Part shown: piece by piece, positions 32,179-43,660 of the stretch
How the letters are laid out: each line of letters starts with the position of its first letter
How positions within the stretch are numbered: the stretch's first letter is position 1
Assembly: GCA_963817895.1 (NCBI GenBank)
Contig: CAWFQB010000004.1
Span: 384,001-448,000, forward strand
Source: an uncultured Chthonomonadaceae bacterium
GTDB taxonomy: Bacteria > Armatimonadota > Chthonomonadetes > Chthonomonadales > Chthonomonadaceae
Reading direction: 5' to 3'
Length of the DNA: 64,000 nt
Notes under the pieces: model-generated
Databases searched by the model: none
Told to the model about the DNA's origin: nothing
Seen by the model: only the letters and a program-made list of their open reading frames with translations
Position numbers and translations under genes: made by a program

Positions 32179-35100
32179 GTGATAATGGTTGTGACGATGG
32201 ATGGAACATCCCGCCAACGGGAGCCGATAGAAGATGCCGTGATGGAGGCCGCAATGGATGCCATTGTGATTATGGATCACGAGGGCCGCGTGGCGCGCTG
32301 GAACCCGGCAGCCGAACAAATATTCGGCTACACCCGCGAAGAAGCGGTGGGGCATGAAATGGCTTCGCTTATCATTCCGCCCGATCTGCGCGACAGCCAC
32401 CGCAACGGGCTTGTCCGCTATCTGGAAACCGGGGAAAATGTGGTTGTCGGCGAGCGGTTCGAGATTACCGCTGTGAGGCGCAACGGCGAAGAGTTTCCCA
32501 TTGAACTCTCCATTTCGCGTCTGGAACAGCCCGGAAATCCTCTGTTTGTCGGCTATTTGCGCGACCTGACCGACACCCGGCGCGTACAAACCGAACGGGC
32601 GCAGCTTGCGCTCAACAACGACCTGTTGCTCAATTCCACCGTAGAGGGCATTTATGGCGTGGATTCGAACGGCAACTGCACCTTTATCAACAAGGCGGGA
32701 GCGCGGCTGCTCGGCTATTGTCCCGACGACCTTATCGGTAAAAATATCCACGAGCTTTCCCACCATCACCGGCTGGATGGCTCGCCCTATCCCGCCGAAA
32801 AATGCCCCATATATCAGGCGTTCCGCACCGGTAAATCCTGTCGCCGCGATGATGAGGTTTTCTGGCGGCGCGACGGCAGCAGTTTCCCCGTAGAATACTC
32901 GTCCGCGCCCATTATCGTCAGCGGCGAGATTCAGGGCGCGGGCGTGACTTTTACCGATGTCACCAAGCGCAAAAAGGCCGAAGACGACCTGCGCCACAGC
33001 GAAGAGCGTTTCCGTTCCCTGATTGAAGCGACCTCGCAGATCGTCTGGACCAACACGGCGCAGGGCGAAATGCGCGGCGATCAGCCGGACTGGGGCCGGT
33101 ATACCGGCCAGAGATACGCGGAGTATCAGGGCTTTGGCTGGGCGGAGGCCGTTCACCCGGATGACCGCGAACGCTCCATTGCCGAATGGAAGAAGGCGGT
33201 CGAAAGCCGCTCCATCTATCATAATGAGATGCGGGTTCGGCGCAAGGATAGCGCGTATCGCCAGTTCCTCGTGCGCGGCGTACCCGTTCTGGAAACGGAT
33301 GGCAGTATCCGCGAATGGGTCGGGGTTCACATTGACATCACGGAGCGCAAGGCGAGCGAAGAGGAACTGCTGCGGGCCAAAGACGCGGCGGAAGCCGCCA
33401 CACGGGCCAAAAGCGAGTTTCTGGCGACCATGAGCCACGAGATACGCACACCCATGAATGCGGTTATCGGCATGACCGGGCTGCTGCTTGATACCAGCAT
33501 GTCCCCGGAGCAGCAGGAGTACGCCAATATCATACGCGACAGCGGCGATGCCCTGCTGACGATCATCAACGACATTCTGGACTATTCCAAAATTGAAGCC
33601 GGACAACTGGAAGTGGAGCATCGTCCGTTCGATGTGCGCGAGTGCATCGAAACCGCGATGGATCTGCTTGCCACGCGGGCGGCGGAAAAGGGGCTGGAAC
33701 TGGCGTATGTGATCGCGCCGGACGTGCCGACAACTGTTGTGGGCGATGTTACGCGCGTCCGGCAAATTCTGGTCAACCTGCTCAGTAACGCGGTGAAATT
33801 TACGGCAGTCGGCGAAGTGGTTCTCAGATTGTCAGCCAAATCTCTGGATGGATTGCGAAGCGAATTTGAGTTTGCCGTACGGGATACCGGGATCGGCATC
33901 CCCCCCGCGCGCATGGATCGCCTGTTCCGCTCGTTCAGTCAGGTGGACGCTTCCACGACCCGCAAGTACGGCGGAACCGGGCTTGGCCTTGTAATCTGCA
34001 AGCGATTGAGCGAAATGATGAACGGGCATATTCGGGTGGAAAGCGTTCTGGGAGAAGGCTCGACGTTTTTTGTCACCTTGCCCTTCGAGGTATCCTCCGT
34101 AGATGTGAAAACGCCTCTCGAACCCTCGCCGCTTGTGCTGCGGGGCTGCCATGCCCTGATCGTGGACGACAATCAGACCAACCGGCAGATACTGCTGTTA
34201 CAGGCGCAAAGCTGGGGCATGGAAACAACCGAGTGCGCGAGCGGGCGGGAAGCGCTGGAACACATTCGCCGTCAGGAACGCTTCGACCTCGCCATTCTGG
34301 ACATTCAAATGCCGGACATGGATGGCATCACGCTGGCAAAGGAGATACGCCGCGCAGAGGGCGCGGAACTGTTGCCATTAGTCGGGCTGAGTTCGGTGGG
34401 GCCGCGCTTTGCCGAAATCGAGGAGGGCGGTTTCGCGGCCATGCTGACCAAGCCCGTGAAGCAGTCGCAATTGTACAACGTGCTGGCAAATATCCTGTCC
34501 GCGCAGCCTCGCTTGGTTTTGCATCACGAAGCGCCCCTGTATGACCGCGCGCTGGCGCAAAAGTTGCCCCTGCGGATTCTGATGGCCGAAGACCTTGCCG
34601 TGAATCAGAAACTGATGTCGAGTTTGCTGGGCAAGTACGGGTATCGCGCCGACGCGGCGGGGAACGGATTGGAGGTGCTGGCCGCGCTGGAGCGACAATC
34701 CTACGACGTGATTTTAATGGATGTGCAGATGCCCGAAATGGACGGGCTGGAAGCGTCGCGCCTGATCAATCTGCATTACGATGAGGCGAACCGCCCGCGC
34801 ATTGTGGCCCTGACCGCAAACGCGATGCGAGAAGACCAACAAAAGTGCATTGACGCGGGCATGGACGATTACCTTTCCAAGCCGGTGAACCCTGCCGCGC
34901 TACAGGCCGCCCTGACCCGGTGCGGACAGTGGGCGCAGACGCGCAGGGCCGAACGAATGGAAAAAGCAAATGCTTCTCCCGACTCATCCGCCGCCCCTTC
35001 CGATGCTACCGCCGAACCCGGCGCAGACGAAACCATTCTGGCTCCGTCAGACAGCGCGGACGCTTCCGCGCAAATAAATAATGAACCCGTCGCGCCCCCT

Positions 35101-35565
35101 TCGGCAACACCGCCTGATGTGAAATCAATGGAGGAACCCGCCGTGCAAACAGATGCCAGCGTAAGTAACTTAACAGCGAATGTTGCCGTAACGGAGAGTT
35201 CAAACGATAACAACGTTGTTGTGGCAGAGGTGATTGATCCGGCGTTTCTGGAAGATTTGCGCCTGATGCGCGACCTGTTGCCTGAACTGCTGGAAACCCT
35301 CCGCGCCGACGTTATTCCGCGTCTGGAAGCCATGAAGCAGGCTGAAATAGACAACAATCCCGCCGCGCTGGCTTCTGCCGCGCATGGCGTCAAGGGCGTA
35401 TCGGCCAATCTAGGAGGGCGCAAACTGTCAGGATTGTGCGCGGAGCTGGAGAAAAAGGGGCGTTCGGGAGTGGTGGACGGAACCGCCGCCCTGATGCCGC
35501 AGATTGAGGCGGAGTTCGAAAAGTTGTGCCGCGCGCTGCTGATCGTCGCGGAAGAGCCGGAATGA
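32179..35565 (+). CDS. Cytoplasmic hybrid sensor kinase: 3 PAS - HisKA - HATPase - 2 REC - Hpt
   Basis: PAS motifs ([29 protein letters not shown]), [54 protein letters not shown]. Confidence 0.95.
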   Translation: MIMVVTMDGTSRQREPIEDAVMEAAMDAIVIMDHEGRVARWNPAAEQIFGYTREEAVGHEMASLIIPPDLRDSHRNGLVRYLETGENVVVGERFEITAVRRNGEEFPIELSISRLEQPGNPLFVGYLRDLTDTRRVQTERAQLALNNDLLLNSTVEGIYGVDSNGNCTFINKAGARLLGYCPDDLIGKNIHELSHHHRLDGSPYPAEKCPIYQAFRTGKSCRRDDEVFWRRDGSSFPVEYSSAPIIVSGEIQGAGVTFTDVTKRKKAEDDLRHSEERFRSLIEATSQIVWTNTAQGEMRGDQPDWGRYTGQRYAEYQGFGWAEAVHPDDRERSIAEWKKAVESRSIYHNEMRVRRKDSAYRQFLVRGVPVLETDGSIREWVGVHIDITERKASEEELLRAKDAAEAATRAKSEFLATMSHEIRTPMNAVIGMTGLLLDTSMSPEQQEYANIIRDSGDALLTIINDILDYSKIEAGQLEVEHRPFDVRECIETAMDLLATRAAEKGLELAYVIAPDVPTTVVGDVTRVRQILVNLLSNAVKFTAVGEVVLRLSAKSLDGLRSEFEFAVRDTGIGIPPARMDRLFRSFSQVDASTTRKYGGTGLGLVICKRLSEMMNGHIRVESVLGEGSTFFVTLPFEVSSVDVKTPLEPSPLVLRGCHALIVDDNQTNRQILLLQAQSWGMETTECASGREALEHIRRQERFDLAILDIQMPDMDGITLAKEIRRAEGAELLPLVGLSSVGPRFAEIEEGGFAAMLTKPVKQSQLYNVLANILSAQPRLVLHHEAPLYDRALAQKLPLRILMAEDLAVNQKLMSSLLGKYGYRADAAGNGLEVLAALERQSYDVILMDVQMPEMDGLEASRLINLHYDEANRPRIVALTANAMREDQQKCIDAGMDDYLSKPVNPAALQAALTRCGQWAQTRRAERMEKANASPDSSAAPSDATAEPGADETILAPSDSADASAQINNEPVAPPSATPPDVKSMEEPAVQTDASVSNLTANVAVTESSNDNNVVVAEVIDPAFLEDLRLMRDLLPELLETLRADVIPRLEAMKQAEIDNNPAALASAAHGVKGVSANLGGRKLSGLCAELEKKGRSGVVDGTAALMPQIEAEFEKLCRALLIVAEEPE

Positions 35566-36830
35566 GCGATACGATGCCCGATGAAAGCGATTTGACGTTT
35601 GCGGCAAGCGCGGAGGGTTCTTCCGTGCCGGTTCCTTTATCCACGTCCCTGCCGACGGTTACGCCCCGCAGCGGTCTGGGATTGCCGGCGCGGGCAAGCC
35701 ATGTCCTGATTGTAGACGACCTTGCCACGATTCGGCTGATGCTGGCGCGGCAGGTGCGCGAACTGGGGCATCAGGTGACGATGGTAGGGGATGGCCGCGC
35801 CGCGCTGGAACAGCTACAGGCGCAATCGTTCGATCTGGTCTTGCTGGACATGATGATGCCGGAAATGGACGGGTACGCCGTTCTGGAGCAGATCAAGCAG
35901 AACCCGTGTATGCGCGAAATTCCTGTTGTGATGATTTCCGGCGTGGATGATTTGAAACTGGTTACGCGCTGCATCGAAATCGGGGCCGAAGACTATTTGA
36001 CCAAGCCGTTCGAGCCGGCCCTGCTGCGGGCGCGTATCCGCGCCTGTCTGGACAAAAAGCAGCTGTGGGACGAGCTGGAAAGCCGTTATTCGCAACTGAA
36101 AGAGCTGGAGCAGCTGCGCGACAGTCTGACGTACATGATCGTGCATGACCTGCGCACTCCGCTGACCTCGCTGCTCACCGGCCTGCAAACGCTGGAAGCG
36201 GTTAGCGACGATATGGACGCGATGCAGGCCGAACTGCTGGAAATGAGCGTGGAGGGCGGCAATACCCTGCTCGGCATGATCAACGACCTGCTGGATGTGA
36301 GCAAAATGGAGGATGGTTCGCTCACGCTGGAACAGAGCGAAATCGCGCCGGACGCGCTGATACAGGAAGCATTGAAGCAGGTGAAGGCGCTGGTGCAGCT
36401 GAAACATCTCCACATTCATCAGGAAATCGCGCCCGGTCTGCCGATTTTACGGGCCGATGCGGAAAAACTGCGCCGCGTTCTGGTCAATCTCGTCAGCAAC
36501 GCCATCAAGTTCACGCCCGAAGGCGGGGACGTGACGCTTTCCGTTCGGCTGGAAGCGGGCGGAAACGGCCTGCTGTTTACCGTGCGGGATACGGGCGAAG
36601 GGATTCCCCGGGAAGCGTTCGGGCGCATTTTTGAAAAATTCGGGCAGGTGGAATCCCGCAAGGCCGGACGCAAAATGTCAACAGGGCTGGGCCTGACGTT
36701 CTGCAAAATGGTCGTGGAAGCGCACGGCGGCAGAATATGGGTGGAAAGCGAACTTGGGCAGGGCAGCGAGTTCCTGTTCACCATTCCCGCCCGAAGCGCC
36801 ATTGCGCATGTTCAGGCGCTTGCGGCCTGA
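35562..36830 (+). CDS. Receiver-histidine kinase hybrid
   Basis: LIVDD, LLDMMMPEMDG, DYLTKPF, VHDLRTPL, NLVSNAIKFT, STGLGL; ATGA overlap with the upstream kinase. Confidence 0.93.
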   Translation: MSDTMPDESDLTFAASAEGSSVPVPLSTSLPTVTPRSGLGLPARASHVLIVDDLATIRLMLARQVRELGHQVTMVGDGRAALEQLQAQSFDLVLLDMMMPEMDGYAVLEQIKQNPCMREIPVVMISGVDDLKLVTRCIEIGAEDYLTKPFEPALLRARIRACLDKKQLWDELESRYSQLKELEQLRDSLTYMIVHDLRTPLTSLLTGLQTLEAVSDDMDAMQAELLEMSVEGGNTLLGMINDLLDVSKMEDGSLTLEQSEIAPDALIQEALKQVKALVQLKHLHIHQEIAPGLPILRADAEKLRRVLVNLVSNAIKFTPEGGDVTLSVRLEAGGNGLLFTVRDTGEGIPREAFGRIFEKFGQVESRKAGRKMSTGLGLTFCKMVVEAHGGRIWVESELGQGSEFLFTIPARSAIAHVQALAA

Positions 36831-36865
36831 ACTGCATCGCCCAACCTTTGCCCCTGTGCAGGGTT

Positions 36866-36891
36866 GGGCAAACACAGGGGTTTGCCCCTGC
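36866..36891. repeat. Degenerate REP-like palindrome
   Basis: gggcaaacacaggggtttgcccctgc between convergent genes. Confidence 0.5.
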
Positions 36892-36899
36892 TCGAATCC

Positions 36900-37793
36900 T
36901 TATATGTCGCAAATTTGAATGGCCTGCCGCAGCGAGGTCATGGGGTCGCGCGTTGGCAGAAACTCATGGGCCACAATGCCGCGATACCCGCTCTCGGCAA
37001 TGGTTCGGCACACGCGGGCGTAATTCAATTCCTGCGTTTCGTCTATCTCGTGCCGCCCCGGAACGCCGCCCGTATGGAAATGCCCGATAAAAGCGATGTT
37101 GTCGCGAATCGTCGCGCACACATCCCCGTCCATGATCTGCGCATGGTAGATGTCGTACAGCAGTTTGACCCGTTCTGAACCCACACGTTTGCACATCTCC
37201 ACGCCCCAGGCCGTGTGGTCACACTGGTAATCCTTATGGTCATGCCTGCTGTTAAGCAGTTCCAGGCAGACGGTTACGTGGTTCTGTTCAGCGGTTTTGG
37301 CGATGCGTTTCAGCCCCGCCACGCAGTTTTGTAATCCCTGCTCATCGGAAATGCCTTTGCGGTTGCCGGAAAAAGTAATCACGTTATTCCAGCCGGCCCC
37401 GGCCACTTTGGGAATGATCTGCTCCGCTTCCGCAACCAGACGGTCATGGTTTTCCACTCGGTTCCAGCCGTCCGGGATGCTACCGATACCATAGGCCATG
37501 CTGCAAATGAGGCCATGACTTTTCACCGTTTCCCACTCGTTCTCATGCAGCAGGTCAATGCCGACCAATCCCATTACTTTGGCCTGTCGGCATAGCTCGT
37601 CGAGCGGCATTTTTCCATAGCACCAGCGGCAGACGGATTGCCGGATACGCCCTTTGAGCGGTTTGGCGGGTTCTGCCGCAGGGTTTGCCTGCCCCGCCTG
37701 TACGCCACTCGTTATCAGCGTTCCCACCGCGCCCATTGCCAGCGAAATCGCCGCGCGGCGACTCATAGCGGTTTTGTCATTTTTCTGATTCAT
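36900..37793 (-). CDS. Hydroxypyruvate isomerase family TIM-barrel protein with Tat signal
   Basis: MSRRAAI Tat motif; QSVCRWCY, ELLNS..DHKDY, LLYDIYHAQIMDG, HFHTGGVPGRHE. Confidence 0.9.
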   Translation of the reverse strand: MNQKNDKTAMSRRAAISLAMGAVGTLITSGVQAGQANPAAEPAKPLKGRIRQSVCRWCYGKMPLDELCRQAKVMGLVGIDLLHENEWETVKSHGLICSMAYGIGSIPDGWNRVENHDRLVAEAEQIIPKVAGAGWNNVITFSGNRKGISDEQGLQNCVAGLKRIAKTAEQNHVTVCLELLNSRHDHKDYQCDHTAWGVEMCKRVGSERVKLLYDIYHAQIMDGDVCATIRDNIAFIGHFHTGGVPGRHEIDETQELNYARVCRTIAESGYRGIVAHEFLPTRDPMTSLRQAIQICDI

Positions 37794-39328
37794 ATTTGTT
37801 CTCCTGCCGGTTGGCTTGCTGCGGGAAGGTGGACGTAAAACGCGGTTCCCACTCCGGGTTCGCTTTCAACCGTGATGGTTCCGCCGTGCGCCTGCGCGAT
37901 GGCCTGCGCGATTGCCAGTCCCAGCCCCGCGCCGCCCGAAGCGCGGGTTCGAGAAAGGTCCGCGCGATAAAACCGATGGAAAATACGGGCGGCATCGTCG
38001 GGCGATAGCCCCGGTCCATGATCGCGCGCTTCCAACCGGCACTCCTGCCCCTGCCGCCGCGTGGCGATTTCTACGGTGGACCCGGCAGGCGCGTATTTGA
38101 GGGCGTTGTCCAGCAGATTGTCAATGACCTGCCGCAGCCGGTCCGTGTCGCCGTAAATGGGAGTCGGGTGGGGCGTGGAAATCTGAATCTCGACGCCGTT
38201 TTGCTCGGCGCGGACGCGATACGCCTGCGCGGAAGCGCGCGCAATCCCGCCTAAATCAGCCGCCTGCCGATTCAGGGGAAACTGCCCCGCATCCGCCCGC
38301 GACAGGGTCAGCAAATCTTCCACCAGGCGCGACAGGCGTTGAATTTCGGAAAGCGCGACCGACAGGGTTTCGCGGTAATCTTCCGGGGCGCGCGGGCGGC
38401 GAAGCGCGACCTCGACGGTTCCATATAAATTCGACAGGGGCGAACGCAGTTCATGGGAGGCGTCCGCCGCAAACCGTTGCTGCGCGATAACAAACGCCTG
38501 CTGCTGCGTAAACGCGGTTTCCAGACGCGCCAGCATCTCATTCAGCACTTCGGTCACGTCGCGCAGTTCGGCATCCTGCGACACTTCGGGGATGCGCGCG
38601 TGAAGATTGCCTTCGCCGACGTTGTGGGCGAAGGCGGCAATTTCGGCAAGCGGGCGGGTCAGACGCACCGACAGGCGGAACGAAGCAATGGCAAAGCCCA
38701 TCCCGCCAATCGCCAGCGAACCGCACAACAGCGCGGTGAGCGAACGCAGACTGCCGACAATCGGCTCTTCCGAAACGGCGACAATTGCTACCATGCGCAA
38801 ATGGCGCGAATTCACGAAAGGATAATACAGGCAGCGTACCGGCTTCGCGCCGGGTAACACGTCCTCAAAAAAGAGAGTGTCCGTCTGCTTTCGCGCTTTT
38901 CGCAGTTTGTCCGGGTTCCAGAACGGCGGGCGCGGCAGGTTTGCCGTATGCGCGAGAACCCGCCCCTGAGCATCCATGATGGTGGCGTAGGTGTCCAGCG
39001 TGGAACCGGGCGGCATGGGAAACAGGAGCCTACTGCCGCCCGGCGTGGGCAGAATGTCGCCGACCGTGCTGGCTACCGACGCGGCTTCGGCCTGCGCGAT
39101 GCTCCGTAAAGCGGCGTCCAGATTGTTCTGAAACATGCTGCGCCGCCCCAAAAACACGATCACATCCACCAGCGCCAGTATCGTCAGCGCCAGCAGGGTC
39201 ATGACCAGGGTGATACGCGCCCGAAACGTGGCGGGGCGCAGCCGTCCCAATCCCTGCGCCTGTCCTGCCATTGCGCTGTTGTCGCGTGAGTTCCGGTTCA
39301 TGCTGCCCTTGCTCAATTTAGGGTTCAT
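37790..39328 (-). CDS. HAMP-domain sensor histidine kinase (OmpR partner type)
   Basis: Two TMs, HAMP, FAADASHELRSPL, NLLDNALKY, FHRFYRAD, GAGLGL. Confidence 0.93.
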   Translation of the reverse strand: MNPKLSKGSMNRNSRDNSAMAGQAQGLGRLRPATFRARITLVMTLLALTILALVDVIVFLGRRSMFQNNLDAALRSIAQAEAASVASTVGDILPTPGGSRLLFPMPPGSTLDTYATIMDAQGRVLAHTANLPRPPFWNPDKLRKARKQTDTLFFEDVLPGAKPVRCLYYPFVNSRHLRMVAIVAVSEEPIVGSLRSLTALLCGSLAIGGMGFAIASFRLSVRLTRPLAEIAAFAHNVGEGNLHARIPEVSQDAELRDVTEVLNEMLARLETAFTQQQAFVIAQQRFAADASHELRSPLSNLYGTVEVALRRPRAPEDYRETLSVALSEIQRLSRLVEDLLTLSRADAGQFPLNRQAADLGGIARASAQAYRVRAEQNGVEIQISTPHPTPIYGDTDRLRQVIDNLLDNALKYAPAGSTVEIATRRQGQECRLEARDHGPGLSPDDAARIFHRFYRADLSRTRASGGAGLGLAIAQAIAQAHGGTITVESEPGVGTAFYVHLPAASQPAGEQI

Positions 39329-40016
39329 CCACTTTACTTTCCGGCGCGTTCGGCGCGTTCAGCATGTACCCGGCCCCGCGCACGGTTTCGATGATGGTGG
39401 GCGAACGTCCCAGTTTGTTGCGCAGGTAGCGCACGTACACATCTACCACATTGGAATCCGGCTCTTCATCCCCGTTCCAAACATGCGCCCATATATCGGC
39501 GCGGGTGACGACCTTGCCGGCATTGAGCGCGAAGTATTCCAGCAGGCGGTACTCCCGCGCCGTGAAGGGAACCACTTCACCGCCCCGCGTCACGCGCCGC
39601 CGTTCCGTGTCGAGTTCAAGATCGGCGGCGCGCAGGCGGGTATGGGGCGTGGGAGAGCCGCCCCGCCGCAGCACGGCGTGAACGCGGGCCAGCAGTTCGT
39701 CAAAGGCGAACGGCTTTACCAGATAGTCGTCGCCGCCCAGATTCAGGCCGTGAACGCGGTCGGTAATACTATCAAGGGCGGTCAAAAACAGAATCGGCGT
39801 GGTAATCCCACTGTTGCGCCAGCGCAGGCAAAGGTCAAAGCCACTGCCCCCCGGCAGCATCACATCAAGCAGTATCACATCGTAACAGGCCATCTCTACA
39901 GCCTCTTCAGCGGCGGGAATACTGGCTGCGACATCAACGGCAAAGCCCTCTTCGCTCATCCCAAGCCGCAGATACGCAGCCGTGGGCGCTTCATCCTCCA
40001 CAATCAACAATTTCAT
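39318..40016 (-). CDS. OmpR family response regulator
   Basis: LLIVEDE, LDVMLPG, GDDYLVKPF, SNVVDVYVRYLRNKL, IETVRGAGY. Confidence 0.95.
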   Translation of the reverse strand: MKLLIVEDEAPTAAYLRLGMSEEGFAVDVAASIPAAEEAVEMACYDVILLDVMLPGGSGFDLCLRWRNSGITTPILFLTALDSITDRVHGLNLGGDDYLVKPFAFDELLARVHAVLRRGGSPTPHTRLRAADLELDTERRRVTRGGEVVPFTAREYRLLEYFALNAGKVVTRADIWAHVWNGDEEPDSNVVDVYVRYLRNKLGRSPTIIETVRGAGYMLNAPNAPESKVDEP

Positions 40017-40179
40017 GAGTATGGCTTCCTGGCAATAGATATTTCAAATGCAGAACCATGTTCAAGCAAAGGCCTGTTGCTTCCTCCTGCAAACGCGAGA
40101 ATAAATGCGCTCAGTCTTTTTTCAGGCAGGAAGTGGAGGCGTCAACGGTTAAATAGCCCTTCACAGGAGAACATAGACA

Positions 40180-41245
40180 ATGCGATTACATTTTGCGCCC
40201 TTTGTGGCGTTGTTTGGATTGGTGGCGTTATCGGGGTGCGGCAAGGAGCAGACGGAAACCACCACTGCCGCAACCGCGCCGAAAACGACGGCTGCCGCTC
40301 CCAATTCTAACGGACAGAATGGCGAGGCCGCTAAACCCGCCGCGCAGGCGATTTCTACAGAGGAACTGGACGGGGTGACGAGCGCGAAAGACCCGTATAA
40401 GATTGTGCTGATCGTGAAAACGCGCAACAATCCGTTTTTCAAGCCGATGATTGCCGCGTTTGAGGAGGCGGCGACGAAGTCTGGGCGTAAAGGGGGAAGT
40501 GCAGGCCGCTTCCGATGAAACCAGCGTGGAGCAGCAGGTAAGCCTGGTGCAAACGGAAGTGAACAACGGCGTCAAAGCGATTCTGATTACTCCGGCGGAC
40601 AGCAAAGCGCTCGTCCCCGCCCTGAAAGCCGCGCAGGACAAGGGCGTTCTCATCATCAACCTTGACAACCGGCTCGACCCCGAAACCGCAAAGGCGCAGG
40701 GATTAGAAACGGGCGGCTATGTGGGCGCGGACAACGAGGAGGGCGGCAAACTGGCCGGCGAGGAGATGCTGGCGGCAACGGGCGGCAAAGGGAAAATCGC
40801 CATTCTGGAGGGCATCCGGGGCGTGGACAACGCCGAGGCCCGCAAGCGCGGCTTTCTGGGCGCGATCACGTCCAACATGGATATGAAGGTGGTGGCGACG
40901 GAAACCGCGAACTGGAAGACCGAAGAGGCGTATGCCAAAACGCAAACCATCCTGAAAACCGATCCCGATCTGGCGGGCATCTTCTGCGCCAACGACAACA
41001 TGGCTATCGGCGCGCTGAAAGCTATTTCTGAAGCGGGCAAAAAGGGACAAATCAAAGTCGTTGGCTACGACAACATTCCCGACGTGAAAGACGCGCTGGC
41101 ATCCGGCGACATGACGGCCACGGTTGAGCAGCATCCCGATTTGATGGGCCGGTACGGCCTGAAACTCGCGGTGGGCATCCTCAATGGCGCGGTTCAAAAG
41201 GGCGGCGACCTGCTTGTGCATCTGGACACAGTGAAGCAGCCGTGA
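40180..41245 (+). CDS. Sugar ABC transporter substrate-binding lipoprotein, frameshift near 40480
   Basis: Lipobox LSGC and VKTRNNPFF in ORF 40180..40518; ILITPADS, VGADNEEGG, IFCANDNMAIGA, ATVEQHP in ORF 40451..41245. Confidence 0.88.
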
Positions 41246-41275
41246 GGAAGATAGTAGATAGTAGATATTAGATAT

Positions 41276-42341
41276 TAGATACTCCGACAAATAGTATATA
41301 GGCTGTTTTGAGGCAGGCTAGCGCTCAGGTGGAGCAGACACACTCCACCCGTCGAAAACCCTTTTTCCGCGTTTACTTTTCCCGGCTTACGCGCCTTGCG
41401 GCTCGCGTGTCAGCGCGATCAATTGCACCAGACCCACCACACAGAAGCAAGTGCGACGGAACAATCCCGTCGCCAGACGATATTCATCACGCACCATCCG
41501 AAACGCTTTGACGCGCCGGATACTATGTTCGACACGCACACGCCCTGAGGAAAAGGCGCGGTTCTCTTCTTTCTGCACAGCGCTCAACGCGCCTCCGCGT
41601 GGCTTCTTGTGCGGCACTTCGCTGTGGGGTAAGCCTTGATAGGCCAGATCGCCTTTGACCGTCGCATGGGGAAACTGCTTGGCAACCGTACTCTGCTCAT
41701 GCACTTTCTTGTCCGACTTCGGGCCGCGATAGCCCGCATCCACATCAAGAATGTCGCCATTGCGGTTGGTGATGACCTCGGTCTTGAGCGTGTGGTCTTT
41801 CTTCTTGCCCGAGTAGAAGGCGCGTTGCTTGGGTTCAATCGAGGGACGCGGAACCGGCGTCTCGAAACTATCCACAATCACCTGATCCACCTCCTCGGGC
41901 TTCCAGGAGGGTTCTTTCTTGGTCCAGCGTTTCTCCGCTTCCCAGCGGTTGGCCGGACACACGTCTTTGAGGACGCCGACAATCTCATGGAAGGTGTTCT
42001 CCGCCACATCGGCGCTGACGCCAAACAGCATGCCCACCACAGAGAAGGCGACGTTGTGGCGCAGGTACAGCAGCGTCAGCAACACTTCCTGGTAGGGCTT
42101 GAGCAGGCGTTTGCGGCCGCCTCCCACCTTGCGGCGGCGCGTGGGCTTGTTGGCCTGTTCTTGTTGGCGACGGCGCTCGATTTCGGGAAGCGCTGCCAGG
42201 AAGAGTTCAGCTAAGGCGGCGTGGGGTAGTCCGAAGAGCGAACGGACTTTGTTTTCGGGATAGCGGCCAAGTTCGTGAAGGTTCATACGTCTATTCTACC
42301 CGCGCCAAGAATAAATCCAAACTTATTTGTCGGAGTATCTA
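41276..42341 (-). mobile_element. IS5-like insertion sequence (~1.06 kb)
   Basis: Perfect 18-bp IR tagatactccgacaaata (41276-41293) / tatttgtcggagtatcta (42324-42341), whose outer TA may be a target duplication. Inserted in a TAGATAG/TAGATAT heptamer run. Confidence 0.88.
41387..42286 (-). CDS. DDE transposase (HTH + DDE_Tnp_4-type)
   Basis: LLTLLYLRHN...LFGVS, IVDSFE, YSGKKKDHTLK, GDLAYQG, RVRVEHSIRRVK. Confidence 0.9.
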   Translation of the reverse strand: MNLHELGRYPENKVRSLFGLPHAALAELFLAALPEIERRRQQEQANKPTRRRKVGGGRKRLLKPYQEVLLTLLYLRHNVAFSVVGMLFGVSADVAENTFHEIVGVLKDVCPANRWEAEKRWTKKEPSWKPEEVDQVIVDSFETPVPRPSIEPKQRAFYSGKKKDHTLKTEVITNRNGDILDVDAGYRGPKSDKKVHEQSTVAKQFPHATVKGDLAYQGLPHSEVPHKKPRGGALSAVQKEENRAFSSGRVRVEHSIRRVKAFRMVRDEYRLATGLFRRTCFCVVGLVQLIALTREPQGA

Positions 42342-42504
42342 TTAGGATGGAAGGAGAAAAATCCCCTGCTTTCCCTTGAAAAAGCAGGGGCGCAAGGATT
42401 TTGCTTCTATGTCGTTTTGTTGTTTTCAGTATACTACAAAATAGTTGGTCAATAGCCAATGTGACATGAAATTTGCCTGTTTATATTGAACGGCGATGTA
42501 TTGA

Positions 42505-42536
42505 ACGGCCTGCGGTCTTTGAAGACCGCAGGCCGT
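42505..42536. terminator. Strong hairpin downstream of the PEP-CTERM gene
   Basis: acggcctgcggtctt-tg-aagaccgcaggccgt. Confidence 0.55.
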
Positions 42537-42614
42537 CAGCATTGGCAGGTTTATTCTCTCTGTATTCTGTGAAAGGTAGCGGCAAGTGGAACAGGAGAAT
42601 AGCGGATAGCCTGA

Positions 42615-43493
42615 CTACAAGGACTGCTGCGCGAACTTACGGCGACGCAGGAAAGCGGCTCCGGTAACGCTCATGCCGACCAGAAGCGCGATGCTGCCCG
42701 GCTCGGGAACGGCGGCAGAGGCGGTGCTGAATACCCCGATTGTGTGCAGGTCGAACCCGATTTGGGGGGGGAATGTAGCGCCTCCCCCGGTAACAGTAAA
42801 GCGATTAGAGTCGACTAAATCATATTGGAAACTATGGCCGGCTGAAAGCGTGTTGGCGGCGATGGTGACGCCAGGCGTAGCAAAGGGGAGGAATCCCGCG
42901 TTGTAAACGAGAGTTCCCGATGTGGTATCGAAGATGGTGAAGAATTCATCTTGCTCGGCGGCGGAAGCATTGGCGGCGAAGGGGCTGAAATGTACCGTGA
43001 TGGGGGCGCTGGCGGAAACGTTTTGTAAATCCGTGTAATCCGTGCCGGTGAGATACGGCTGCGCGGTCGGATAGCCGTCTGCCGTATAGTCCAGCGTCGC
43101 TGTTGCCGGTCCCGCGCTGCCGCCCGTAGCCGAATAGGTGTAGGTTCCCATTGGGAAAGCGGTGTCCATGTCTGCCTGTGTCGCGAAGAACGGGGTTTGA
43201 TAGCTGAAGGCGGTGGGCGCGCTCTGGGTAAGCGTTACCGGGCTGGCGGGACCGGAATAGGCGAGCGACCCGCCCGTGAAATCCCCGGCATGTTGTGAAA
43301 ACAGGGTCGCCGAGAAATAGTAGCCTTGAAGCGCCAGCGTGTTGCCATTGCCCGTTTGCAGGGCGGTATCCGAACGGAACATGTTTACGAACGAGACCTG
43401 CGCCCGGACGCGACCGGCAGGAATTGCCGCGAGCAGGCATGCGGTTACAGTGGCGATGGCGCGTACAGAAAAACGTGGTATGGAAATCAACAT
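42615..43493 (-). CDS. PEP-CTERM sorting-domain surface protein
   Basis: Signal peptide; S/T/A/G-rich body; AVPEPGSIALLVGMSVTGAAFLRRRK. Confidence 0.93.
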   Translation of the reverse strand: MLISIPRFSVRAIATVTACLLAAIPAGRVRAQVSFVNMFRSDTALQTGNGNTLALQGYYFSATLFSQHAGDFTGGSLAYSGPASPVTLTQSAPTAFSYQTPFFATQADMDTAFPMGTYTYSATGGSAGPATATLDYTADGYPTAQPYLTGTDYTDLQNVSASAPITVHFSPFAANASAAEQDEFFTIFDTTSGTLVYNAGFLPFATPGVTIAANTLSAGHSFQYDLVDSNRFTVTGGGATFPPQIGFDLHTIGVFSTASAAVPEPGSIALLVGMSVTGAAFLRRRKFAQQSL

Positions 43494-43660
43494 TGCGAGG
43501 CTCCTTGTCCTGATCCCTCAAGAGAAACGGCGAACGTGAAGTCACCTGATGGAATAGCTTTTACACTATCCATTGCATAATTCATGCCAAATTGCCGTTT
43601 TTGAACACAACGTCAAAAATTTGTAGGATTTTCAAGAAAATCAAATAAATCGGCGCGAAA

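Noticed and set aside
32128..33765. Long antisense ORFs (e.g. 32128..33765, 22709..24217, 49097..50551, 48018..49127)
   Set aside because: Shadow ORFs opposite well-supported genes in GC-rich DNA, with no motifs of their own.
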